Shown: positions 1 to 9,261 of the stretch, piece after piece
How positions within the stretch are numbered: position 1 is the first letter of the stretch
Layout of the letters: each line of letters starts with the position of its first letter
From: Eubacteriales bacterium
GTDB taxonomy: Bacteria; Bacillota; Clostridia; Oscillospirales; CAG-272
Direction: 5' to 3'
DNA length: 64,000 bases
Assembly: GCA_045653105.1 (NCBI GenBank)
Contig: JAZOLL010000030.1
Location: 536-64,535, forward strand
The notes under the pieces: model-generated
The model's database searches: none
What the model saw: the letters and a program-made list of their open reading frames with translations, nothing else
What the model was told of the DNA's origin: nothing
Translations under genes and position numbers: made by a program

Positions 1-549
1 ATCCCCGGCATGACCATCATCAACCCCGCTGACGCTGTTGAGGCAAAGGCAGCTGTTGAGGCAGCTCTCAAGATAGACGGCCCCGTATATCTCAGATTTG
101 GACGTATGGCTGTTCCGGTGATCAACGATGCAGACGCAAAGTTTGAGCTTGGCAAGGGCGTTAAGATGGCTGACGGTAAGGACGTTACCATCGTTGCTAC
201 AGGTATCATGGTAAATATGGCTCTCGAGGCTGCAAAACAGCTCGAGGCTGATGGTATCTCCGCTAGAGTTATCAACATACACACTATCAAGCCTCTCGAT
301 AAGGATATCATCGTCGAGGCGGCTCGTGAGACGGGCGCTATCGTTACCGCAGAGGAGCACAACATCATCGGCGGTCTCGGCTCTGCTGTTGCAGAGGCTG
401 TATGCGAGGCATGCCCTGTTCCCGTCCTCAGAGTTGGTACAAACGACGTTTTCGGTCACTCCGGCAAGGTTCCGCCTCTGCTTGAGATGTACGGTCTTAC
501 ACCCGCAAATCTCGTTGCTAAGGCTAAGGAAGCTATCGCTCTTAAGTAA
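1..549 (+). CDS. tkt: Transketolase, C-terminal subunit (5' end cut by the window edge)
   Basis: Frame 1 is open from nt 1 (IPGMTIINPADAVEAK...). This is typical of the C-terminal pyrimidine-binding/C-terminal domain of split clostridial transketolase (GPVYLRFGR, TAEEH, GGLGSAV). Stop at 547-549. Confidence 0.9.
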   Translation: MPGMTIINPADAVEAKAAVEAALKIDGPVYLRFGRMAVPVINDADAKFELGKGVKMADGKDVTIVATGIMVNMALEAAKQLEADGISARVINIHTIKPLDKDIIVEAARETGAIVTAEEHNIIGGLGSAVAEAVCEACPVPVLRVGTNDVFGHSGKVPPLLEMYGLTPANLVAKAKEAIALK

Positions 550-571
550 GGCTGAATAATTATTAGAAAAA

Positions 572-606
572 GGCTCTCCGCGAGTTTTGCGGAGAGCCTT
601 TTGTTT
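572..606 (+). terminator. Rho-independent terminator after tkt
   Basis: GGCTCTCCGC (572-581) / GCGGAGAGCC (589-598) stem, 7 nt loop, then TTTTGTTT. Confidence 0.85.
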
Positions 607-619
607 CGGGCTTTTTTCG

Positions 620-983
620 AGTTTTCCACAGGCATTTTCGGCATTTGTGGAAAACTTTAAAGCGCGGCAAAAACAAAGCTTTGGGAATAAAAATCCGAAA
701 AAACGGATTTTTACCCAAAAGTGTTCATTTCCACCACTTTGAACAAAAAAGTGCCCATTTTTTGGCAAAATGAATTATTTTTTTGATGATTTTATGCAAA
801 ATAGACATCTTCGGGATTTTTCGACAGGCCTGTGCAAAACTGTGGAAAAAGCTGTGGAAACTGTGGAAAACTCAAAAAAGCTTGTGTTTGCAAGGGTTTG
901 CGCAAAGTGGGGCTGTGGAAAACTTTTCATAAAAATCTGTCAAGTGGAAAAACGCAAAAAGGCGATTTTCTACCTTATGCACA
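620..983. promoter_or_regulatory. Cluster of DnaA-box-like 9-mers and an iterated 11-mer TGTGGAAAACT in a non-coding region
   Basis: Matches to TTATNCACA or its complement with 0-1 mismatch at 622-630, 646-654, 792-800, 831-839, 841-849, 862-870, 914-922 and 975-983 (TTATGCACA, exact). Two-mismatch copies at 853-861 and 943-951. The 11-mer TGTGGAAAACT occurs at 646, 862 and 914, and inverted at 620-630. Confidence 0.6.
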
Positions 984-1116
984 AAGGCGGAAAAATTGCA
1001 AAAATTTCAGTTCTTTTTTGGAATTAAAATCGCCGTTTCGGCATAAACTTTTAACAGCGAAAAAATCGGAAAAAGATACCGCCTCAAAAAACTTTTAAAG
1101 AAAAACAAAAAAATGC

Positions 1117-1145
1117 TTGACATAAAAAAACAGGTGTGGTATAAT
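1117..1145 (+). promoter_or_regulatory. SigA-type promoter of the tRNA pair
   Basis: TTGACA (1117-1122), 17 nt spacer, TGG-TATAAT (-10 at 1140-1145), about 40 nt upstream of tRNA-Leu. Confidence 0.85.
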
Positions 1146-1186
1146 GAATAATGCTAACGGAAGAAACAGTCCTTGGCAAACTATTT

Positions 1187-1275
1187 GCCGGTGTGGCGGA
1201 ATAGGCAGACGCCCGGGACTTAAAATCCCGTGATACGAGAGTATCGTACCGGTTCGACCCCGGTCACCGGCACCA
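1187..1275 (+). tRNA. tRNA-Leu (anticodon UAA), CCA encoded
   Basis: Hand-folded. Acceptor GCCGGTG/CACCGGC, anticodon stem CGGGA/TCCCG with loop CTTAAAA, long variable arm (class II), T arm ACCGG-TTCGACC-CCGGT, discriminator A plus CCA. Confidence 0.9.
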
Positions 1276-1300
1276 CAACGGTAACCGAAAAAATCAATAT

Positions 1301-1378
<78 letters not shown>

Positions 1379-1383
1379 AAAAG

Positions 1384-1414
1384 AAAACCACCCTAATGGG
1401 TGGTTTTTCTTTTT
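1384..1414 (+). terminator. Rho-independent terminator after the tRNA pair
   Basis: AAAACCACCC / GGGTGGTTTT stem with TAAT loop, followed by a T-run. Confidence 0.85.
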
Positions 1415-1442
1415 GCTTGTGGTGTTTGTATCTCACGGCGCA

Positions 1443-1593
1443 GGGTTATGAGCCCGACGGGCGAATGACTCGGAGGTAGCGAGCTAAGTGAGCGGCCGAG
1501 CGGTGGTGAATGACAGTCCGGTGGACTGTCAGAGTCGCGAGGTGACCGAAGCTAAATTTTCCGCAGAAAATTTAGCAAGACCGTGAGGTTCAA
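1443..1593. other. Structured non-coding segment containing scrambled fragments of the adjacent tRNA-fMet
   Basis: Nt 1443-1459 is the exact reverse complement of tRNA nt 1326-1342 (anticodon arm). Nt 1582-1593 (CGTGAGGTTCAA) is a direct copy of tRNA nt 1349-1360. Two perfect hairpins are at 1511-1531 and 1551-1576. Confidence 0.5.
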
Positions 1594-1667
1594 GCATACC
1601 GTCGCCGTCCTCACCGCGGCTAGGACACGCCGCTTCGCCACCCCGCCCCACAAGTTTTATTTTCCCC

Positions 1668-1696
1668 TTGCAACTCCTTCGCGTTTGTGCTATAAT
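1668..1696 (+). promoter_or_regulatory. SigA-type promoter of the aldo/keto reductase gene
   Basis: TTGCAA (1668-1673), 17 nt spacer, TGC-TATAAT (1691-1696). Confidence 0.75.
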
Positions 1697-1737
1697 TACC
1701 TCATACAGAAACAAAATCCACTCAAAGGAGCAAGACT

Positions 1738-2745
1738 TTGGAATACAGACTTTTAGGAAAAACAAACCTCAACATCTCTCGCCTCGGTCTTGGCGGCATT
1801 CCGATACAAAAGATCGACGCTGAGGGCACGAAGGCCCTTATCGGCGAGCTTATCGAGGCAGGCGTTAATTTCATAGACACCGCTCGCGGATACACCGTAA
1901 GCGAGGAGTATCTCGGCTATGCGCTCGATGGTGTCAGAGACCGATTTGTGCTTGCCACAAAAAGTATGTCCCGCACAAAAGAGACTATGGCAAAGGACAT
2001 AGACATAAGCCTTAAAAACCTTCGCACAAGCTATATCGACCTCTATCAGATACATAACCCCGGTGCAAAGGATCTTGAGACGGTAACAGCAAAGGGTGGC
2101 GCACTTGAAGCGCTCCTTGAGGCAAAAGCCTCCGGCAAGATCGGGCATATCGGCATCACGCTCCACTCTGTAGACCTCTTTAAGGTTGCGGTAGAGCTTC
2201 CGTGGGTAGAAACTATAATGTTCCCCTACAACATCGTGGAAACTCAGGGCGAGGCGCTTATCGCAAAGTGCCAAGAAAAGAATATCGGATTTATCTGTAT
2301 GAAGCCTTTGGCGGGCGGTGCTATTGAGAATGCCTCACTTGCCCTGCGCTTTATCCTCTCTAACCCCGCGGTGAGCGTGGTGATTCCCGGCATGGCAGAC
2401 ACTTCTGAGATCGCGCAGAACGTGGCGGCAGCCGCCGATACAACCGCACTGACCGACGATGAGCAGAAAAAGATAGCCAAGATCAAAGAGGATCTCGGCA
2501 CTAACTTCTGCCGCCGCTGTAATTACTGTGCGCCCTGCACCGTAGGTATCAATATCCCCGCGGTATTTCTGTTTGAGGGATATTTCAGCCGCTATGACCT
2601 CAAGGACTGGGCAGTAGCGCGTTATTCAAGTCTTCCCCAAACCGCATCTGACTGTATCGGCTGCGGAGCGTGTGAGGATCGCTGCCCCTACGATCTTCCT
2701 ATCCGCGCGATGCTCAAAAAGGCCGCTGAAATTATGGGGAAATAA
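1738..2745 (+). CDS. Aldo/keto reductase with C-terminal 4Fe-4S ferredoxin-type domain
   Basis: TTG start preceded by AAAGGAG (1724-1730). AKR N-terminus MEYRLLGKTNLNISRLGLGG. C-terminal Cys clusters CRRCNYCAPC and CIGCGACEDRCP. Confidence 0.9.
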   Translation: MEYRLLGKTNLNISRLGLGGIPIQKIDAEGTKALIGELIEAGVNFIDTARGYTVSEEYLGYALDGVRDRFVLATKSMSRTKETMAKDIDISLKNLRTSYIDLYQIHNPGAKDLETVTAKGGALEALLEAKASGKIGHIGITLHSVDLFKVAVELPWVETIMFPYNIVETQGEALIAKCQEKNIGFICMKPLAGGAIENASLALRFILSNPAVSVVIPGMADTSEIAQNVAAAADTTALTDDEQKKIAKIKEDLGTNFCRRCNYCAPCTVGINIPAVFLFEGYFSRYDLKDWAVARYSSLPQTASDCIGCGACEDRCPYDLPIRAMLKKAAEIMGK

Positions 2746-2787
2746 CCCCAAGCGAATCAAAGCTGATCTATAAGGAGGCGTAAAGGT

Positions 2788-3759
2788 ATGAAAAAATCAA
2801 TATTGTCCTTGGCGCTCCTATTGGTACTTGCATTGTTGCTCACGGCCTGCAAGCCAGACGTTGACAGCGCTCCCGAAGACGAGCCCGTCTGGCTTAATAT
2901 GAACACAGAATACCCCCTGCCCACCTCTCTGCCCGACGGCGGCGGTCAACGTGTAAAGGTTATTTTGCTCTTAGGACAAAGCAACGCAACAGGCTGCGGA
3001 ATAACAAGCTATCTTGAGAAAAACTTGGGAACAGAGAGATACTCAGCGTATGCCGAGGGCTTTCCGTCGGTGCTGATAAATTATTGCCTTGACGATCACA
3101 AGACCACATCAGGCGGTGAATTTCTCAAGGTGTCATCTACTTGTGGCACGTCGGAGGGATATTTCGGCGCAGAGGTCGGTATGGCAGAGACCTTGAGCAA
3201 GGAATACCCCGGTGAGACGATAGTGATCTTAAAATATTCAATGTCGGGATACTCTCTGCATCACCATTGGCTCTCGGAAGGTAATCGCGGCTCGATCTAC
3301 GAGGCTTGCTTAAAATTCACCGAAACATATATGAATGTCCTGCGAGATAGCAACTATGACGCAAGGATAGGTGCTATCTGCTGGATGCAGGGTGAGTCTG
3401 ATACAACAGAGTTCAAGGCAGAGCACTATTATGACAATCAGACCCGATTCGTCTCCTATTTGAGAGAGGATCTTTCCCCATATGCCGAAAACGGCGGCAT
3501 TTATTTCATAGACGCGGGCATCTCAAACAGTCCGTACTGCGAGCCCGCTTACCCGACAGTCAATGCTGCCAAGGCTGAATTTGCAAAAGCCTCTCCGCTC
3601 AATCTATACTTTTCTACGATCGATGAGGGCTTGACGGTCCACCTTGAGCCCGAGGGAGATCCCGACTGGGGCCACTATGATTCAATGAGCACACTAAAGC
3701 TCGGACATCTTTTTGGTGAGCATGTCATCCGCTCTTACCAAATGCGCGAGCCTTCATAA
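2788..3759 (+). CDS. Secreted lipoprotein, SGNH/DUF303-type carbohydrate (sialate-like) O-acetylesterase
   Basis: Signal peptide with lipobox LLTAC. GQSNATG motif (the GQSNMxG hallmark of the SASA/DUF303 family). RBS AAGGAGG upstream. Confidence 0.75.
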   Translation: MKKSILSLALLLVLALLLTACKPDVDSAPEDEPVWLNMNTEYPLPTSLPDGGGQRVKVILLLGQSNATGCGITSYLEKNLGTERYSAYAEGFPSVLINYCLDDHKTTSGGEFLKVSSTCGTSEGYFGAEVGMAETLSKEYPGETIVILKYSMSGYSLHHHWLSEGNRGSIYEACLKFTETYMNVLRDSNYDARIGAICWMQGESDTTEFKAEHYYDNQTRFVSYLREDLSPYAENGGIYFIDAGISNSPYCEPAYPTVNAAKAEFAKASPLNLYFSTIDEGLTVHLEPEGDPDWGHYDSMSTLKLGHLFGEHVIRSYQMREPS

Positions 3760-3787
3760 CTTAAATATTATAAAAAGCACCTGTGCC

Positions 3788-5197
3788 TTACCGCGCAGGT
3801 GCTTTTTCTCTATCTTTTTTTGCTTTTTTCAAAGGGTTAAAGCGTCCGCTTGCGTAATAAAAGGCGAACATACAAAACAGCGCAAGGTTGTGCGCGATCA
3901 TACACGCCCACGCACCGACAAGTCCGAAATCAAATATCTGCGTAAAGATAAACGTACCGATGATTCGAATGCCCCACATTCCCGAAATGTTGCAGATGAG
4001 AGGCATCACCGTCTTTCCCATTCCCTGCATCATTCCCTCTATCACGATAGACACGCCGTAAAATGGCTCGGACACCGCGACCATACGGAGCACTATCGCA
4101 CCAAGAAGTATTACCTCTGCATCCGCCGAAAAAATAGACATCATTTGCGGAGCAAAGAGGAAAAGAAGCGATCCCGATACAAGCATAAGTCCTACCTCTA
4201 TCGCAAGAATCAGCCTCGACAGATCTTTCAACCGCTTTTCATCTCTAGCTCCCAAAGCATTTCCCGCCAGAGTTGCGGCGGCTGTCTGCATACCGTATCC
4301 GGGGATATAAAATGCGGATTCCACCGTGTTCGCAATCGTATGAGCCGCTGTAGCAACACCTCCGAGAGAGTTCACCATAGCCGCAAAAACGACGTAACCA
4401 AGAGACGTGCCGAATCTCTGCATAGCGTTAGGCACGGCAACACGCAAGCAGGAGAGAAGGATAGGCTTATTCGGGCGAAGCCTATATCCGCGCGGTGAGA
4501 TAAGTGAATGGCGGTAAAGTGCCACCGTGATACAGATGCCGCCAACGGCAAAGGCTATAGCGCTGGCTATCGCCGCGCCGACAACACCCATACCCGCGCC
4601 GGGTATCCAAAAGTTCATCGAGAAGAGCGACACTTGTCTTGTCGGGTATATCAAGAAGAAATTAAGAACAACGTTTACTATATTTACAAAAACTCCAACG
4701 CGCATAGGCGTTTTGCTATCTCCCGAGGCGCGAAGAACAGTGCCGAAAATAGTAGTTGCCGCGCGTGCGAGCATTGGCATATAGAGAATAAAGAAATATT
4801 TTGAGGCGAGCGGACGGATATCCTCCTCCACCTGCATCCACACGGGGATCACAGGACTGAGCGAGAGCGTAAGCACTGTAAAAAACGTACCGATAACAAG
4901 GGCTGTCAGCACCGACTGGGCGGCGGCAAGCCTTGCTTTTTCATACTCCCCCGCTCCGTGCGCCTTTGAGATAAAAGCGAGAAATCCGATGCCCAGAGCC
5001 GATATCGTGCTGCCTATGAGCCAGTTGAGTGTCATCGTCGAGCCTACAGCCGCCGTTGCCGCCGTACCGAGCGAACCGACCATGGCGGTGTCTATGTACT
5101 GTACCGCGGTCTGCAAAAGCTGTTCAAGCATCGTCGGCCACGCGAGCGCGACAATGGTAAGGAGCAGCCCTTTTGATTCTTTTTTAGTTAAATTCAT
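3788..5197 (-). CDS. MATE family efflux transporter
   Basis: 12-TM profile with MATE N-terminus (LLLTIVALAWPTMLEQLLQTAVQYIDTAMVG). Start moved to the ATG at 5197 (MNLTKKES), which has a GGAAAGGAGAG RBS. The longer track ORF to 5482 runs through the divergent promoter region. Confidence 0.9.
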   Translation of the reverse strand: MNLTKKESKGLLLTIVALAWPTMLEQLLQTAVQYIDTAMVGSLGTAATAAVGSTMTLNWLIGSTISALGIGFLAFISKAHGAGEYEKARLAAAQSVLTALVIGTFFTVLTLSLSPVIPVWMQVEEDIRPLASKYFFILYMPMLARAATTIFGTVLRASGDSKTPMRVGVFVNIVNVVLNFFLIYPTRQVSLFSMNFWIPGAGMGVVGAAIASAIAFAVGGICITVALYRHSLISPRGYRLRPNKPILLSCLRVAVPNAMQRFGTSLGYVVFAAMVNSLGGVATAAHTIANTVESAFYIPGYGMQTAAATLAGNALGARDEKRLKDLSRLILAIEVGLMLVSGSLLFLFAPQMMSIFSADAEVILLGAIVLRMVAVSEPFYGVSIVIEGMMQGMGKTVMPLICNISGMWGIRIIGTFIFTQIFDFGLVGAWACMIAHNLALFCMFAFYYASGRFNPLKKAKKDREKAPAR

Positions 5198-5417
5198 AAA
5201 TTCAGGCTCTCCTTTCCAAAGCTTTTCCACATCTTTTTTATTATAACATAAAACCAAGTGCTCTTCAATAGAGAGATAAAAAATAACGCAAAGCGTATCT
5301 TCCATACCCCTAGGTCTCAAAATTTCAAAAAAATCATATAGGGTATTGAAATATATAGTAATATGTTGTATAATTAAAGGTGTGATTGAAAAAGTACTAA
5401 AAATTTGGAGGGAAATT

Positions 5418-6377
5418 ATGAAAAAAATCATCTCTTTAGCATTGCTCGTTATGATGCTTTTGACATTTGTTGCTTGTGGCAATAAAGGAGCAGGAACTAT
5501 GACAATGGGTACCGGCGGTACAGCAGGTACATATTACGGATACGGCGGAATTCTCGGCTCTCAGATCAAGAATGCCTCAGGCATCACCGTAAACGTTGTT
5601 TCTACAGACGGCTCTAAGGCTAATATTCTCGGTATAGATGCCGGCAACTATCAGCTCGCAACCGTTCAGTCTGACGTTATGGCTTACGCTTGGGCAGGCT
5701 CTCGCTCCTTCGAGGCTGAGGGCGCACTCAAGTCCTTCCGCGTTATAGGCGGTCTCTATGCTGAGGCTGTTCAGCTTGTAACTACAGATCCTTCTATCAA
5801 ATCCGTAGCTGATCTCAGAGGCAAGAAGGTATCTATCGGTGCTCCCGGCTCGGGTGTTTACTTCAACGCTATGGACGTGCTCACCGCGGCTGGTCTTACC
5901 GCTGACGATATCAATCCTCAGTACCAGTCCTTCGCTGACTCCGCAGACGCGCTCAAGAACGGCACTATCGCTGCGGCATTCATCGTTGCAGGACCGCCCA
6001 CACCCGCTATAACAGAGCTCTTTACAACCAACACTGCATACCTCGTTCCGATCGACGGTGCAGTTGCAGATACACTTATGGCTAGCTGCCCCTACTACAC
6101 AGTTCACTCTATCCCCGCAGGCACATACAAGGGACAGACCGAAGAGGTAAAGACTGTTACCGTTAAGGCAACTCTTATCGTAAGCGCATCCGCATCCGAA
6201 GAAAACGTTTACAACATCACAAAGGCAATATTCGATAACATTCCCGCCATCAAAGAGGCTCACGCTAAGGGCGCAGAGCTCTCCCTTGAAAACGCTACCA
6301 GCGGTATGACAGCTCCCTTCCACAAAGGCGCGGCTAAGTACTTTGCTGAAAAAGGTATCACGGTAGTAAGCGAGTAA
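5418..6377 (+). CDS. TRAP transporter solute receptor, TAXI family (lipoprotein)
   Basis: Start ATG 5418 after GGAGGG. Lipobox FVACG. TAXI signature GTGGTAGTYYGYGG. Confidence 0.9.
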   Translation: MKKIISLALLVMMLLTFVACGNKGAGTMTMGTGGTAGTYYGYGGILGSQIKNASGITVNVVSTDGSKANILGIDAGNYQLATVQSDVMAYAWAGSRSFEAEGALKSFRVIGGLYAEAVQLVTTDPSIKSVADLRGKKVSIGAPGSGVYFNAMDVLTAAGLTADDINPQYQSFADSADALKNGTIAAAFIVAGPPTPAITELFTTNTAYLVPIDGAVADTLMASCPYYTVHSIPAGTYKGQTEEVKTVTVKATLIVSASASEENVYNITKAIFDNIPAIKEAHAKGAELSLENATSGMTAPFHKGAAKYFAEKGITVVSE

Positions 6378-6469
6378 TTTAAATAACAAAATGAAATGCG
6401 GACGCAGCGAGCGATCGCCGCGTCCGTATTCTTATCCCCGCATTTAAATACTTCAGAAAGGAATTTGAT

Positions 6470-8425
6470 ATGGCTCTTTTTAAGAAAAAAAAGACTGTGG
6501 TAGAAAACGAACCTATGGATCTTGATTCGATAATGAAAAAGTACGATAAAGAATCCACAACCCGTATCTGGGAAGGCGTACCAAAAATTGTCGTCACCTC
6601 TATCCTTGCTCTCTTCTCTTTGATGTGCATATACGTTACTTTCTTTGCAACCTGGCTTGACGAGCTCCGCCTCACCACCTTCATGGCGTATATCGTCTTT
6701 ATCGGATACATAGTTTTCCCCGCAAAGAAAGGTCCGCAAAAGAAAAACCATATGCCCTGGTACGATATCGTACTTATGGTGCTTGGTACCGGCGCATTTT
6801 TATATTTTGCATTCAACGCGACAGATATTGTCGCTCGCTATAAGATCACAACTCTTGAGGTAATTATCGGTATTGTCGGTATTATCTGCCTTGCAGAGCT
6901 CTGCCGCCGAAGCGTTGGTCTCCCCATTCTCTGCGTTGCAGGCGCGCTTTTGATCTACGCGCTCGTCTGGGGTCTCAACAACCCAAGCTTCTTTAAGCGT
7001 ATAGTTGAAAGTGTAAGAATCCTCTTCTACTCCAAGGAGGGTATGCTCTCAACACCTGTTAACGTTTGCTCAAAGTTTATCGTTATGTTTATCATATTCG
7101 GTGCTTTCCTTGAGCGAACGGGTATCGCTGATTTCTTTATAAATATCGCAAACGCGCTCGTCGGCCGCTTTTCTGGTGGTCCCGCAAAGGTTGCCGTAGT
7201 CGCTTCCGCACTTGAAGGAATGGTATCCGGCTCATCGGTTGCGAACACCGTAGGCTCGGGTGCTGTAACCATCCCGCTTATGAAAAAGACGGGCTATAAG
7301 CCCGAATTTGCAGCAGCTGCGGAGGCATCCGCTTCTACAGGCGGTCAGATAATGCCTCCTATCATGGGCGCTGCCGCATTCCTTATGGCAGAGACCATCG
7401 GAGTTCCCTATTCAAACCTCGTAGTAAGAGCAATTCTCCCCGCCATTCTTTACTTTGCAGGCGTGTTTATCACAGTTCACCTTGAGGCAAAGAAAGAGGG
7501 TCTTCGCGGTCTCACAAAAGAGGAGCTTCCTCGCATAGTTCCGCTCCTTAAAAAGACCTATCTGCTCCTTCCCCTTATGGTACTGATATATCTCGTGGGT
7601 ACAAACACAAAGTCTATCGCATACGCGGCGGCTATCGCTATTGTCGTTGCGATCGTGGTAAGCCTCTTTAACAAAGAGAACAGAATTACCCCCAAGAAGA
7701 TCTGGGAGGCTCTCGCGGCAGGTGCTCAGGGTATGATAACCGTTGCGGTTGCCTGCGGTATCGCTGGTATCGTCGCAGGACTTATCAGCGTTACAGGTCT
7801 CGCATATATGCTCTTTAACGGTATCGTTGCTTTCGCGGGAGATCACCTCATAATCGCGCTCTTCCTCACGATGCTCTGCTGTATCGTCCTTGGAATGGGC
7901 GTTCCCACCACGGCTAACTACTGTATTATGGCGGCGACCTGCGCTCCTATCCTCGTTCAGATGGGCGTACCGATGATCGCGGCTCACTTCTTCGTATTCT
8001 ACTTCGGAATCGTTGCCGATCTAACGCCTCCCGTTGCCCTTGCGGCTTACGCGGGCGCGGCAATAGCTCAGGCAAACCCGATGAAGACCGCGGTCACCGC
8101 AACAAAGCTTGCAATTGGCGCGTTTATCGTTCCTTACGTGTTCGCACTCAACCCCGCAATGCTCTTTATCGGAACGAACGGTGTATTTGAGATCGCACTT
8201 ATCGTTGTATCCTCACTCGTTGGAATCTTTGCGGTCTCCGCGGCTCTTGAGGGATACGTTATAACGCATATGCGCTGGTACACGAGGATCGTCAGCATTT
8301 GCGGCGGACTTCTCCTTATCTACCCCGGCCTTGTGACCGACCTTATCGGTCTCTCGCTGGTGGCACTTGTGATAGCGTTCCAGTTCATCACAAAGAAGAA
8401 AAGCGCAAAAGCACTTGCGGCATAA
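6470..8425 (+). CDS. TRAP transporter permease, fused 4TM/12TM (TAXI-associated)
   Basis: 651 aa polytopic protein directly downstream of the TAXI receptor. A nested hairpin in the 92 nt intercistronic gap (about 6395-6450) may act as an attenuator or stabiliser. Confidence 0.9.
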   Translation: MALFKKKKTVVENEPMDLDSIMKKYDKESTTRIWEGVPKIVVTSILALFSLMCIYVTFFATWLDELRLTTFMAYIVFIGYIVFPAKKGPQKKNHMPWYDIVLMVLGTGAFLYFAFNATDIVARYKITTLEVIIGIVGIICLAELCRRSVGLPILCVAGALLIYALVWGLNNPSFFKRIVESVRILFYSKEGMLSTPVNVCSKFIVMFIIFGAFLERTGIADFFINIANALVGRFSGGPAKVAVVASALEGMVSGSSVANTVGSGAVTIPLMKKTGYKPEFAAAAEASASTGGQIMPPIMGAAAFLMAETIGVPYSNLVVRAILPAILYFAGVFITVHLEAKKEGLRGLTKEELPRIVPLLKKTYLLLPLMVLIYLVGTNTKSIAYAAAIAIVVAIVVSLFNKENRITPKKIWEALAAGAQGMITVAVACGIAGIVAGLISVTGLAYMLFNGIVAFAGDHLIIALFLTMLCCIVLGMGVPTTANYCIMAATCAPILVQMGVPMIAAHFFVFYFGIVADLTPPVALAAYAGAAIAQANPMKTAVTATKLAIGAFIVPYVFALNPAMLFIGTNGVFEIALIVVSSLVGIFAVSAALEGYVITHMRWYTRIVSICGGLLLIYPGLVTDLIGLSLVALVIAFQFITKKKSAKALAA

Positions 8426-8440
8426 GTTAAGTTAAAACAC

Positions 8441-8474
8441 AAAAGGCAGAGAACTTTGTTCTCTGCCTTTTTTC
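8441..8474. terminator. Bidirectional terminator between convergent TRAP and ABC-2 genes
   Basis: GGCAGAGAAC / GTTCTCTGCC stem (8445-8467) flanked by an A-run and a T-run. Confidence 0.85.
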
Positions 8475-8475
8475 T

Positions 8476-9261
8476 TTATGCTATATCCTTTTTTCTGTAT
8501 TTCAAATAAGCCGCGGCAACGCCTGCCACAGTGAGCGCAATACCGACCGCAAGATATTTTATCTCTATAGATTCCTCGGGAATTATATGCGCGCCGTCGG
8601 CATAGCCGAAGGGCGTTATGTACTTGAATATCTTAAGATCCTCTGTGAGATTTGCTAGTATATTGATAAAATACGTACCGAACACAAGTCCGAGTCCAAG
8701 ACCGAGCGCACCGCGTTTCATAAATGCTGAAACACCAAAGGTGATCGCCGCTATCTCAAGCTGAAGTAAAAGGTACGCGAGAAATACGAGTGCCAAAATT
8801 CCCACATCCGCCTCCACGCCTACGATAAGTATCGCGAGGCAGGTAACAGCAACAACGGATATATTCAGTATAATCACCTGTGCGAATACCGCCAAAAGCT
8901 TTTCTGTGATTATCCTCTCACGGGAGATCGGGTGAGTGAGAAGGAACTCCGCGGTCTTATCCTTTTCCTCCTTTGCAAGAGCCGATGCGCCAAGTATCGC
9001 GGCAAATATAGCACCTCCAAGACCGAGCACGTTTCCGCATTCGATACCGAAATACCCCATAAACTCACCGAAATTAAGCTGATCCATACCAAACGCGCTC
9101 GTAAACGCGCCCATATCCGCAAACATCGTGCTGATATCCCCCATTTGCGAGGACATCTCGGGATAAATTAAAACGCATACTGCCAGCATAAAGGATATTG
9201 CCGCACTCCAGATCATAAGAGAGAGCCTGTTTTGACGTATCTCATGAAAAAGAAGAGTCAT
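8476..9261 (-). CDS. ABC-2 type transporter permease
   Basis: Six-TM ABC-2 profile (MTLLFHEIRQNRLSLMIWS...). The start overlaps the stop of the upstream ATPase gene by 4 nt. Confidence 0.8.
   Translation of the reverse strand: MTLLFHEIRQNRLSLMIWSAAISFMLAVCVLIYPEMSSQMGDISTMFADMGAFTSAFGMDQLNFGEFMGYFGIECGNVLGLGGAIFAAILGASALAKEEKDKTAEFLLTHPISRERIITEKLLAVFAQVIILNISVVAVTCLAILIVGVEADVGILALVFLAYLLLQLEIAAITFGVSAFMKRGALGLGLGLVFGTYFINILANLTEDLKIFKYITPFGYADGAHIIPEESIEIKYLAVGIALTVAGVAAAYLKYRKKDIA

Noticed and set aside
770-1098. Two overlapping small ORFs (85 and 88 aa) in the tkt-tRNA intergenic region.
   Set aside because: Their sequences are generated by the TGTGGAAAA repeats (the translation is dominated by repeated short motifs). 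They have no RBS and they overlap each other in different frames. The region is better explained as a protein-binding repeat cluster.
620-1145. Possibility that the DnaA-box cluster is the chromosomal replication origin (oriC).
   Set aside because: No dnaA, dnaN, rpmH, gidA or parB genes are nearby. Flanking gene orientation does not diverge from this point, since tkt upstream is on the plus strand. It is kept only as a candidate secondary DnaA-binding cluster.
3788-5482. Long N-terminal extensions in the ORF track. Examples are MATE to 5482, TAXI from 5346, oppA to 13655, oppB to 18157, padR from 18325, purM to 38258, purE to 38745, eno from 40901, topB to 46827, pepD to 57890 and recD2 to 62012.
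   Set aside because: The extensions lack RBSs, run through promoters or neighbouring genes, and precede an internal Met that has a good Shine-Dalgarno and the family-typical N-terminus. Starts were re-assigned accordingly.
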